Shown here: positions 9,056 through 17,340 of the stretch, one piece after another
Position numbering within the stretch: the stretch's first letter is position 1
Layout: each line of letters starts with the position of its first letter
Source of the DNA: Bacillota bacterium
Lineage (GTDB): Bacteria > Bacillota > Dethiobacteria > DTU022
Length of the DNA: 64,000 nt
NCBI GenBank assembly: GCA_030611385.1
Contig: JAUWPV010000002.1
Location: forward strand, 15,433-79,432
Direction: 5' to 3'
Notes under the pieces: generated by a model
What the model saw: the letters and a program-made list of their open reading frames with translations, nothing else
Told to the model about the DNA's origin: nothing
Database searches by the model: none
Translations under genes and position numbers: made by a program

Positions 9056-9850
9056 ATGATTATCATTGGTGAATTGATTAACTCAACCCGTAAGGCGATT
9101 AAAAGGGCCATCGATGAACAGGATGTTGCATTTATTCAGGACTTGGCTGTTAAGCAGGAAGAAGCAGGCGCCGATTATATCGATGTTAATGCCGGGGCTT
9201 ATGTCCATGAAGAAGGGAAGCATTTAATTTGGCTGGTGGAAACCGTTCAGGCAGTGGTTAGCAAACCCCTGACGCTCGATAGTCCTGATCCTAAAGCTTT
9301 GGAAGCGGCGATGAAAGTGCATAAGGGAGTGCCGATGATCAATTCGATCAGCGCCGAGAAAGAACGCTATAATCAAGTTATGCCCCTGGTGAAAGAGTCA
9401 GGAGCCCAGGTTATTGCTCTTTGTATGAGCGATGATGGTATGCCCGAAACTGCCGATGAACGCCTGGAAGTAGCCAAGCGGCTGCTCAGCGATCTTGATA
9501 AAGATGGCATCGATCTGACCAATGTATTCCTTGACCCGCTGATTAAGCCGGTCAGCGTTAACGGAGAATACGGTCCGCAGGCGCTTGATGCTATTGAAAG
9601 AATTGCCGTTCTTGGCTCCGGGGCCCATATAACCAGCGGCTTGAGCAATATTTCCTTTGGATTACCGCATCGCGCCCTGTTGAACCAGGCTTTTATAGTT
9701 CTGGCGATGGGTCGGGGAATGGATTCAGCCATAGTTGACCCTCTTGATAAAAAGAAAATGAGTTTAGTCAAAGCCGTCGAGGTTATCTTAAATCTTGATC
9801 CTTATGCGATGAATTATCTAAAAGCCTCGCGGGCTGGCCGGTTAATTTAA
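9056..9850 (+). CDS. Methyltetrahydrofolate:corrinoid methyltransferase (pterin-binding, MtrH/AcsE/MtgA-like)
   Basis: 264 aa. TIM-barrel pterin-binding domain with DVNAG, VPMINSIS and GLSNISFG motifs shared with MtrH/AcsE/MetH pterin domains. Confidence 0.75.
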   Translation: MIIIGELINSTRKAIKRAIDEQDVAFIQDLAVKQEEAGADYIDVNAGAYVHEEGKHLIWLVETVQAVVSKPLTLDSPDPKALEAAMKVHKGVPMINSISAEKERYNQVMPLVKESGAQVIALCMSDDGMPETADERLEVAKRLLSDLDKDGIDLTNVFLDPLIKPVSVNGEYGPQALDAIERIAVLGSGAHITSGLSNISFGLPHRALLNQAFIVLAMGRGMDSAIVDPLDKKKMSLVKAVEVILNLDPYAMNYLKASRAGRLI

Positions 9851-10059
9851 TTAATCTGTAGTCCTAAACCAATAAAAATACTTTCCCTTTCTTGCATAGA
9901 TGGCGGTTGACTGATTTTTAAAACAGATGGCCGCTTTTTATAATAGTGAGGATTTCTCTAATTGTATAAATATACATTTATCGTACAGTTATAAAGATAA
10001 TGACGTAATTTGTGGCAATGCACTAAAGGATATCAGTGTCCTAAGTATAATACTATCTA

Positions 10060-10185
10060 TAATCGTTTATAGTCGTTGCTACTGTTTTAACGATCACTAA
10101 TAGCATCTATCTTGATGCTGTTTGACATTCATAGATTGCTATTGCTATAATTTTCTCAGGATAAAGTCGTTTAGAACTAACGATT
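10060..10185 (+). promoter_or_regulatory. Cluster of TCGTT/AACGA inverted-repeat half-sites flanking and following the promoter of the tandem-cyclase gene; candidate repressor operator
   Basis: TCGTT at 10063, 10073 and 10167; AACGA at 10089 and 10179. TCGTTTAGAACTAACGA forms a near-palindrome between the -10 element and the RBS. Confidence 0.3.
10122..10151 (+). promoter_or_regulatory. Sigma-70/SigA-type promoter (TTGACA, 18-nt spacer, TATAAT) for the tandem-cyclase gene
   Basis: Consensus hexamers read directly; 70 nt upstream of the ATG at 10222. Confidence 0.55.
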
Positions 10186-10221
10186 TTACAAGATTCAATA
10201 AACTATTAACTGGAGGTTGCC

Positions 10222-11886
10222 ATGAGTAAAAACATGATTGAGCTGCTCAGTAAGTCGAAGTGGTACGATCTGACCCAGCCTCTGAGCATCTTTACTCCAC
10301 CCGTGCCCGGTGAAATGCCGCTGCAGGTTCATTTTTTTAAGCGGGTTACCGGTTCATTTCACGGCGGGCAGGGTGCGAACGGTCAGCTGATTGAGTGGTC
10401 AAACAATACCGGCACCCACTTGGTCGGACCGACCGCTTTCCATTCCGGAATGCGTGCAATTGCCGACATCCCACTCGAAGATATTTGCGGCGAAGGTGTT
10501 ATTGTCGATATCTCCGACGAAGTTTCCGATTACAGCCTCTACACGCCCGAAATGATCGAAAAGCGAGTCAAAGTTAAAGAGGGAGATATCCTCATTATAA
10601 ATACCGGCTATCACCGCTTTGGTTACGATCAGCCGGATTCACCGAACCCACAAGCTCAGGGTGGTGTCGACAATAAAGAGTTTTCTTATATGGTCCGTCA
10701 TCCGGGTCCAGCGCCGGGATTCTTTGAATGGGCTCTGAAAAAGAAGTTGAAAGTAGTTAGTGTTGACTGCGGCTGCGCCGAGCACCCGATGAATACCAAT
10801 ATCCGCTACATGCACAGTCGTGATTTTCAGAAAGCGGAAGCGAAACTGAAAAAAACTCACGGCAAGACCTGGGATGAAATGTTTCCTCCCGATGAATATT
10901 ATAAACTGACCCACATCACCATACCGAAAGCTGGTCTGCTTCTGGCAGAATCGCTGGGCGGCCAAATCAAAGAACTGAATAATCAGCGTGCCTGGATCAT
11001 TATCGGGGCGATCCCCTTCTGCGAGGTCGAATCGGCCTGGTCGCGGGTTGCTGCCCTGCAGGCCCCTGACGGTATGAGCGAAGATGATTTTTTTGCAGCA
11101 ATGAATGGTAATAAAATGTATGACCTCTCAATTCCATTCAGTGTACAGACTCCACAGTGGGCCAACTATATACCGCTTATCCTGCAGTATACAAAACGGG
11201 TCGGTGGTCAGTATTTCGGTCTTGGACGTAATAACGCACATTGCAAAGCCAGCTTCCATCTGAGCACACACATGGACGGCGAAACACACTTCTACTCTTC
11301 CGGACGCACCATTGGACAAACCCCGCTTGATTTCTGGGTTGGCCCGGGGGCGATTGCCGATATTTCCGAATTAGTAAGTGATTCCAGTGTGTATAGCCCA
11401 GAAATGATCGAATCTGTTGTCGAGATAAAAGAGGGCGATATCCTGCTGATCAAGACCGGTTATTCCAGCTACGGTTGGTGCAGTCCTGATTCGGATGAAT
11501 TTAGATATATGATTAAGCATCCTGGTCCTTCACCGGACTTTGCAGAATGGTGCCTGAAGAAGAAAATTAAATGGATAGGTGTTGACTGTGTGGCGATGGA
11601 GCACCCGATGAATACAATTCAGCGCATCTTCCATCCGATGACTTTTGATGAGGCTAATCAGAAGCTGATCGAGAAATACGGTAAAGACTGGGATGAGATG
11701 TATCCACTGGACCAATACTATCAGGATATGCACCTCAATCTTTTCCCGCACGGCATAGTCCACGCTGAGAACCTCGGTAAAGACTTTGCTCAACTTGCCG
11801 CCGGACGCTATTACATCGGCTGTTTCCTCCAGAAAGGTATGGAGCTTGCTTCCTGCTGGGCCCGCTTTATTGCCTGGAAGGAGTAA
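10222..11886 (+). CDS. Tandem-duplicated 'putative cyclase' (kynurenine formamidase/isatin hydrolase-like) metallohydrolase-fold protein
   Basis: 554 aa with two homologous halves (YTPEMIEKRVKVKEGDILIINTGY and YSPEMIESVVEIKEGDILLIKTGY). The second half carries a HxSTHMDGETH metal motif; the first half reads NTGTHLVGPTAFH, with the Asp replaced. Confidence 0.6.
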   Translation: MSKNMIELLSKSKWYDLTQPLSIFTPPVPGEMPLQVHFFKRVTGSFHGGQGANGQLIEWSNNTGTHLVGPTAFHSGMRAIADIPLEDICGEGVIVDISDEVSDYSLYTPEMIEKRVKVKEGDILIINTGYHRFGYDQPDSPNPQAQGGVDNKEFSYMVRHPGPAPGFFEWALKKKLKVVSVDCGCAEHPMNTNIRYMHSRDFQKAEAKLKKTHGKTWDEMFPPDEYYKLTHITIPKAGLLLAESLGGQIKELNNQRAWIIIGAIPFCEVESAWSRVAALQAPDGMSEDDFFAAMNGNKMYDLSIPFSVQTPQWANYIPLILQYTKRVGGQYFGLGRNNAHCKASFHLSTHMDGETHFYSSGRTIGQTPLDFWVGPGAIADISELVSDSSVYSPEMIESVVEIKEGDILLIKTGYSSYGWCSPDSDEFRYMIKHPGPSPDFAEWCLKKKIKWIGVDCVAMEHPMNTIQRIFHPMTFDEANQKLIEKYGKDWDEMYPLDQYYQDMHLNLFPHGIVHAENLGKDFAQLAAGRYYIGCFLQKGMELASCWARFIAWKE

Positions 11887-11924
11887 GCTGTAAGCCTGGA
11901 AGCATCATTCCCGATAGCATTATG

Positions 11925-11961
11925 AGCGGCCTACCGGTTTTTCTTTTCACCGGTGGCCGCT
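11925..11961 (+). terminator. Nested hairpin: AGCGGCC...GGCCGCT enclosing ACCGGT-tttttctttc-ACCGGT; terminator-like structure after the cyclase gene
   Basis: Inverted repeats read directly. The downstream T-run is weak. Confidence 0.4.
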
Positions 11962-12053
11962 TCTCTATGATCCGGGTAAGCGGATTGGCTTGTTTTTGAA
12001 TTCAGATATTGATAAAATAGGTTTCGTAAAGTATTTTATATGTTTAGTTATAT

Positions 12054-12147
12054 GGGAGTAGTTAGCGGCCTGGTGGCGCTCCTGGACTTCAAATCCTGTG
12101 GCAGGGCATCCCCCTGCGGTGGGTTCGATTCCCATCTACTCCCGCCA
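12054..12147 (+). tRNA. selC: tRNA-Sec (selenocysteine tRNA, anticodon UCA)
   Basis: 94 nt. 8-bp acceptor stem GGGAGTAG/CTACTCCC, 5-bp T-stem with a TTCGATT loop, anticodon loop CU-UCA-AA, 6-bp long variable arm GCAGGG/CCCTGC, discriminator G and CCA end. Confidence 0.8.
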
Positions 12148-12161
12148 TCAGTCTTTAAAAG

Positions 12162-12196
12162 GGCGAGAAGGGAGATTTCCCCCTTCTCGCCTCATG
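12162..12196 (+). terminator. Hairpin GGCGAGAAGGG-agatttcc-CCCTTCTCGCC downstream of tRNA-Sec
   Basis: 11-bp perfect stem read directly. The trailing U-tract is weak (TCATGTTTG). Confidence 0.45.
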
Positions 12197-12245
12197 TTTG
12201 CTTAATCAGCGCCGATGCTTAATTCTACAACCGGACGTGACAAAA

Positions 12246-13661
12246 ATGTTCAAAATTAGAAAGAAAGATTTAGTGAATCCATTACTGGTCAGCGGTGAAA
12301 GCAATTTCAGGCCGGTGTTCAGCATACTCATTTTGGCCTGGCCGGTAGTGATCGAAATGGGGCTGCATACCTTTGTCTGGGTTTTTGACATGGCTATGGT
12401 CATGCGGCTTGGTGCACATGAGGCGACTGCAGTTGAATTCGGAGCTATATTACTCTTTAATTCGTTGATGATCCTCGGTGCGCTTGGCATCGGGGCGAAT
12501 GCCCTGGTTGCCCGCTACACCGGCGCAAAAGATATGAAAAGGGCTGCTTCAACCGGCGGACAGGCTTTGTCGATTAGCCTGGTTATTACTGCTGTTTTTA
12601 CTTTGATCAGTATCCTGCTTTACAGGCCATTTTTCAGCTGGGTTCTTAAGGATACTATTACAGTTGCTCTGACGGAAGACTATTTCTATTATGCACTGGT
12701 CAGCGGTGGTTTTGCTCTACTACCGCTGTTGGTGGCCAACGGGATTATCCGCGGTACCGGTAATACCCGTATGCCGATGGTTATCGCTTTAATCGCCAAC
12801 GCTTATAACGTTATTGGTGATTACCTGTTAATATTCGGTAATTATGGTTTCCCCGCCTTGGGGGTAAAAGGGGCAGCTTTGGCTACTGGTTCGGCTCAGT
12901 TGATTGCCTTGGTTCTTTCAGTCGGCTACCTTTTTTTGCATAAGGAGAATCTGCCGTTTTCTTTTAAATTGCTCTTTCCATTTCGTAAAGAGATAGTTAA
13001 GGAGGTTTTAAAACTCAGTGTTCCTGCCGGCGCTGAAGAACTGACCCACAATGGTAGCAGAATGTTATCAGCAAGCTGGATTACAGTTCTCGGGCCGGTT
13101 GCTTTTGCCGCTAATGGGGCAGCTATTGCCGCCGAAGCAATTTCATTTATGCCGGGACTTGCATTTGGTATTACCGCTACCACTCTGACCGGGCAATATC
13201 TGGGAGCCGGTTTTATCAGACAAGCCCGTGGTGCCGGTTATTGGGCAGTTGCCCTGGGTACAATTCTGATGAGTTCTATCGGCTTGCTGTTTTTCTTTTT
13301 CCCATATTTGATCATGAGCCTTTTTGATCCGCCGGATCCTGAAGTGCTGCACCTTGGCGTGATCTGTCTGCAAATAGCAGCTGTAGAGCAGCCTTTCATT
13401 GCGATAACAATGATTTTTTCGGGAGCGCTTAAAGGGCTGGGCGACACAAGAAGCCCCTTTAAAGTTGGCCTTTACAGCAACCTTTTTGTGCGGCTCCCTT
13501 TGATCTATGCCGTTGTTTTTGTTTTTAAGCTTGAAGTGTACTACATCTGGTGGGTGACGGCAATTCAATACGCTGTAAGCGCTCTGCTTTTATTCATCAT
13601 GTATAAGAAGAAAGACTGGGTCAGGCTGGAATCAATTTCAACGACTGGAAATCCGGATTAA
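12246..13661 (+). CDS. MATE-family multidrug/Na+ efflux transporter
   Basis: 12 predicted TM helices. NorM/MATE-like glycine-rich helices and overall length. I took the start as the ATG at 12246, internal to the ORF-track call. Confidence 0.7.
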   Translation: MFKIRKKDLVNPLLVSGESNFRPVFSILILAWPVVIEMGLHTFVWVFDMAMVMRLGAHEATAVEFGAILLFNSLMILGALGIGANALVARYTGAKDMKRAASTGGQALSISLVITAVFTLISILLYRPFFSWVLKDTITVALTEDYFYYALVSGGFALLPLLVANGIIRGTGNTRMPMVIALIANAYNVIGDYLLIFGNYGFPALGVKGAALATGSAQLIALVLSVGYLFLHKENLPFSFKLLFPFRKEIVKEVLKLSVPAGAEELTHNGSRMLSASWITVLGPVAFAANGAAIAAEAISFMPGLAFGITATTLTGQYLGAGFIRQARGAGYWAVALGTILMSSIGLLFFFFPYLIMSLFDPPDPEVLHLGVICLQIAAVEQPFIAITMIFSGALKGLGDTRSPFKVGLYSNLFVRLPLIYAVVFVFKLEVYYIWWVTAIQYAVSALLLFIMYKKKDWVRLESISTTGNPD

Positions 13662-13703
13662 CAGTCGGATTTGGTATATTATAGAATATAGGGGTGGCTA
13701 TAA

Positions 13704-15428
13704 ATGATCATGAACCGGAAAGAGCAATTGAATGAAGTAACTGACTGGTGGAAAACGGCGGTTTTTTATCAGATTTATCCACGCAGTTTTATGGACAGTA
13801 ATAATGACGGCATTGGTGATCTGGCGGGTATTATTTCACGCCTGGATTATTTGAATGATGGCACAGCCGGTTCTTTGGGTATAGACGCAATCTGGTTTAG
13901 TCCTTTTTTTACAAGTCCGGATTATGATTATGGTTACGATATTGCTGATTACTGTGCGATTGATCCCCGCTATGGTACGCTTGAAGACTTTGATAAACTT
14001 CTCGAGGCGGCCCATACGAGAAATATTAAGGTAATGCTGGATCTGGTGGTGAACCATACTTCCCACCTGCATTCCTGGTTTCAGGAATCACGTTCTTCCC
14101 GGGATAGCCAGAAACGTGATTGGTATATCTGGAGAGACGGTAGAGCTTTCGGGAAAAAACCTCCCAATAACTGGCGTAATAACTTTTTTGGGTCGGCTTG
14201 GTCCTGGGATAAAAAAACAGAGCAGTACTACCTGCACTCGTTTCTTAAGGAACAACCAGACCTCAACTGGTCCAACCCGGAGGTAAGAGAAGCAATTGCC
14301 GGAGTAATTCGCTTTTGGCTGGAACGGGGAGTGGATGGGTTTCGTCTAGACGTGGCGCACATTTACTGTAAAGACAAGAAATTTCGAAATAACCCGCCAT
14401 TTTTTGTCCGGGAAAAAATAAAAGACGGTCCCCGGTTTGGCGATCGCACCTTTATGGCCAATATTATGAAACTGCTGGCACTGCCTGAACTACAAATCAG
14501 AAAGTATAATCAGCACCAACCGGAAACTCATGAAGTATTAAGACAATTCCGTCTGGTCTTTGATGCTTACCCGGCCAGGACAAGTGTAGGGGAAATTATT
14601 GCTGAAGATCCTCAAACAATTGCTTCTTATTATGGGACCAATAATGATGAACTGCATATGAATTTTTATTTTGAGCTGCTCAACTGTCAGTGGAAGGCCG
14701 CTGCTTTTAAGCGCTGTCTGGAAAGATGGGAGCGTGCACTGCCCGCCGGTGCCTGGCCGGCTTACACTTTTAGCAATCACGATGTGGTCAGGGCGATCAG
14801 TCGATACACGAGCAGCGGAAACGAAGATAGCAGAGCCAAATTGTTAGCTCTGCTGCTTTTGACTTTAAAGGGGACTCCGTTTATTTACTACGGAGAGGAA
14901 ATTGCGATGAAGGAAGCAAAACTTCCGAAAGTTAGTTTAAAGGATCCGATTGGAGTTAAATGGTATCCACTGTACCGTGGTCGTGATGGCTGCCGTACTC
15001 CGATGCAGTGGGATAATAGTTTGCACGCCGGTTTTTCCGGTGCAGCGCCGTGGCTGCCGGTAAACCCTGATACTGAAAAATGTAATGCAGCCGCTCAGGA
15101 GAAAGATTCTCACTCTCAGCTGAATTTTTTTAAACGCTTGATCTGGCTGCGCAAAGATCTGCCTGCCCTGCTTGAGGGAAAATTCACCAGTATTAATGAA
15201 GGTGTGCCGGATAGCTGTTTTTGCTATCTCCGTGAAACCGATCAGCAAAAACTCATAATTTGTTTAAATTTCTCCTCTCACAGGCAGGAGATCAACTTAA
15301 CAAGGGCAAACGGTTATAGCGGTATGCTAATCTCAACAAACCCTGGACGTGAGTCGGGTAGTATAACCTTCCCGCTCACTCTGGAACCGGATGAAGGCTG
15401 CCTGGTCGAGTTTAGCTCAGTTAAGTGA
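13704..15428 (+). CDS. GH13 alpha-glucosidase / oligo-1,6-glucosidase-type glycoside hydrolase
   Basis: 574 aa. Conserved GH13 regions: DLVVNHTS, GFRLDVAH, EEIAM-type catalytic motifs, and N-terminal WWKTAVFYQIYPRSF. Confidence 0.8.
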   Translation: MIMNRKEQLNEVTDWWKTAVFYQIYPRSFMDSNNDGIGDLAGIISRLDYLNDGTAGSLGIDAIWFSPFFTSPDYDYGYDIADYCAIDPRYGTLEDFDKLLEAAHTRNIKVMLDLVVNHTSHLHSWFQESRSSRDSQKRDWYIWRDGRAFGKKPPNNWRNNFFGSAWSWDKKTEQYYLHSFLKEQPDLNWSNPEVREAIAGVIRFWLERGVDGFRLDVAHIYCKDKKFRNNPPFFVREKIKDGPRFGDRTFMANIMKLLALPELQIRKYNQHQPETHEVLRQFRLVFDAYPARTSVGEIIAEDPQTIASYYGTNNDELHMNFYFELLNCQWKAAAFKRCLERWERALPAGAWPAYTFSNHDVVRAISRYTSSGNEDSRAKLLALLLLTLKGTPFIYYGEEIAMKEAKLPKVSLKDPIGVKWYPLYRGRDGCRTPMQWDNSLHAGFSGAAPWLPVNPDTEKCNAAAQEKDSHSQLNFFKRLIWLRKDLPALLEGKFTSINEGVPDSCFCYLRETDQQKLIICLNFSSHRQEINLTRANGYSGMLISTNPGRESGSITFPLTLEPDEGCLVEFSSVK

Positions 15429-15436
15429 AGGGGTGA

Positions 15437-15958
15437 TTGACAGTGGATTTTGGAAAACTGAACAGAGCGCAGCTTGAGCAGTTGCTGACAGATTTCGCCA
15501 AACGCTGGCTGGCTCACGACGGCCTCTGGTTCCAACAGGTAGAACAGGCTTATGGTTTGGATGAAGCGATCAGACTCGACACAGCGGCCTGGGAACGTTT
15601 TACAGTTCTTGAAGCAGAGCGGATCATGTTATTCCTGGGCATTGAATCCGGGGGAGGCCTCAGCGCGCTCAAAGAGGCTTTACATTACAGGTTATATAAT
15701 CTGGTCAATAAGCAGGAGATTATTGAAAAAGATGAAAACAGGTTTATTTTCCGGATGAACGACTGCCGTGTTCAATCCGCTCGCCGCCGTAAACAGATGC
15801 CCGAATTTCCCTGCTGCCCGGTTGGAATCGTTGAATACAGTGGTTTTGCCCATGCCATCGATCCGCGTATTCAAACAAGGTGTCTCTATTGTCCTCCCGA
15901 TCAACACCCTGAAAACAGCTGCTGTGCCTGGGAGTTTACACTACCGAAAAATAAATAA
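15437..15958 (+). CDS. Hypothetical cysteine-rich protein (7 Cys in the C-terminal 50 residues; possible metal/FeS site)
   Basis: 173 aa, translationally coupled to the glucosidase (8-nt gap). C-terminal PCCPVG...CLYCPP...SCCAW. Confidence 0.4.
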   Translation: MTVDFGKLNRAQLEQLLTDFAKRWLAHDGLWFQQVEQAYGLDEAIRLDTAAWERFTVLEAERIMLFLGIESGGGLSALKEALHYRLYNLVNKQEIIEKDENRFIFRMNDCRVQSARRRKQMPEFPCCPVGIVEYSGFAHAIDPRIQTRCLYCPPDQHPENSCCAWEFTLPKNK

Positions 15959-16055
15959 GCTTTGATTGATCAGGTGAATTTTTAAAACATAGAGTGGTTA
16001 TACTGATACCAGAATTTTTACCGCCTGGTCAGTTTCAAAAAATATTAGAAGAGAG

Positions 16056-16083
16056 TTGCATAATTATAATATTATGATATAAT
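16056..16083 (+). promoter_or_regulatory. Promoter (TTGCAT, 16-nt spacer, TATAAT) overlapping an AT-rich palindrome ATTAT-gat-ATAAT; candidate ArsR operator
   Basis: Hexamers and inverted repeat read directly upstream of the ArsR gene. Confidence 0.45.
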
Positions 16084-16107
16084 AATATAACAGGAGGAGA
16101 ACCCGGT

Positions 16108-16389
16108 ATGGATATAGCAAGCGATATGTCATTAATCAGAGAAAAGGCGGTTCTGCTAAAAGCCCTGTCCAATCCAGTACGGCTCTGTATCGTCAGAGAA
16201 CTGATGCAACGAGAAGCATGTAACGTATCTTCTATGCAAAACTGTCTGCAACTTTCGCAGTCGACTGTTTCCCAACACCTGGGCCGTTTACGGGATATCA
16301 GAATAATTACCGGCGAACGCAAGGGAACCGAAGTTTATTACCATGTTTCCAGCGAAGAAGCAGCAAACATTATCAGGGTTCTTTTCTAA
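16108..16389 (+). CDS. ArsR/SmtB-family HTH transcriptional regulator
   Basis: 93 aa. Winged-HTH core LKALSNPVRLCIVRELM...VSSMQNCLQLSQSTVSQHL. Confidence 0.7.
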   Translation: MDIASDMSLIREKAVLLKALSNPVRLCIVRELMQREACNVSSMQNCLQLSQSTVSQHLGRLRDIRIITGERKGTEVYYHVSSEEAANIIRVLF

Positions 16390-16413
16390 ATTTCATTAAT
16401 GGGAGGTATTTTG

Positions 16414-16728
16414 ATGTTAAAAGTTACTGATGCAGCGAAAGAAAAATTTATTGAGTTTTTAGCGGAGGAGGGAAAAAAAGACGGCTATGTTCGCATATAT
16501 GTCAGTGGTGTTGGCTGAGGCGGACCTAAGTACGGCCTGACTCTGGATGAGTCGGTTCAAGAAGGTAAAGATGTTATTGAAGAATCAGGTGAGATAAAAA
16601 TTGTTTTTGATCGGGGCATCTCCGACTTTGTAGATGGTAAATCGATTGATTACCATGATGGTCCGCAGGGCGGTTTTTCAATAACGGACCCCGGGGCCAG
16701 CCAGCAGTGTGATGGCGGCTGCTGTTAA
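16414..16728 (+). CDS. HesB/IscA-like selenoprotein (in-frame TGA at 16516-16518 read as selenocysteine)
   Basis: ATG 7 nt after GGGAGG. The translation aligns with IscA across the UGA: SGVG-U-GGPKYGLTLDE against the IscA TSGCSGMAYVLEF motif, and ends in CDGGCC. The ORF track reports no ORF here because of the TGA. Confidence 0.65.
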
Positions 16729-16789
16729 GTATTTAATCAAAATAAACTTGGTTTTTAGAACTTGATTAAATCTATACAGGAGGTTAATA

Positions 16790-16912
16790 ATGGCAACACA
16801 AAAAGAACAGGTTTATAAGTGCCAGGTTTGCACTAATGTGGTTAAGGTTGTTGAAGAGGGCGTGGGAACGCTGGTCTGCTGCAACAAACCGATGGAGCTG
16901 CAGGAGAAGTAA
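16790..16912 (+). CDS. Desulforedoxin (Dx-type rubredoxin-like FeCys4 protein)
   Basis: 40 aa, MATQKEQVYKCQVCTNVVKVVEEGVGTLVCCNKPMELQEK. The C-x2-C...C-C pattern and length match desulforedoxin. RBS AGGAGG is 6 nt upstream. Confidence 0.65.
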   Translation: MATQKEQVYKCQVCTNVVKVVEEGVGTLVCCNKPMELQEK

Positions 16913-16963
16913 TAAGTAGTATTAGCATATAATTAAATATATTTATTTCAGTCGATTATGAAA

Positions 16964-17005
16964 AGCCAGGGCATTTATTGAGTAATACCCTGGCTTATAT
17001 CTTTT
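16964..17005. terminator. Bidirectional terminator hairpin AGCCAGGG-(16 nt)-CCCTGGCT followed by a T-run
   Basis: 8-bp perfect stem between the convergent desulforedoxin (+) and moaD-like (-) genes. Confidence 0.55.
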
Positions 17006-17078
17006 TCTGCTTATGTTTATCCTTTAAAAACTCCGTTGCCATTAATTTCTTTATGTATTATGATGTCCCGATCTAACT

Positions 17079-17321
17079 TTAACCTCCCGCGACACGGGGG
17101 TTAATCACGACCATTTCCCCTCCTCTGAGCGTTGCAGTCAGATCTGCTTTGTTGCCATCAATCAGAACGAAAGAAGTTGATGAGGTGGGAATGCTTAGTT
17201 TTTGCAATAGATCACGGACTGTGCATGGTTCTGCAGCAATCTCGCAATCAAACGGTTCAACTGATTGGCCGTACTTTTTCAATGGGCCTTTCAACTGCAG
17301 TTTAACAAACAATGTTCCCAC
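17079..17321 (-). CDS. MoaD/ThiS-family small sulfur-carrier-like protein (C-terminal GG)
   Basis: 80 aa ending ...RVAGG. Lies immediately downstream of the AOR gene, a common arrangement. Confidence 0.6.
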   Translation of the reverse strand: MGTLFVKLQLKGPLKKYGQSVEPFDCEIAAEPCTVRDLLQKLSIPTSSTSFVLIDGNKADLTATLRGGEMVVINPRVAGG

Positions 17322-17340
17322 CTCCCCGGGCTTTTAACCG

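Noticed and set aside
12040-12222. 60-aa ORF from the six-frame track
   Set aside because: Overlaps the tRNA-Sec gene and its terminator; spurious.
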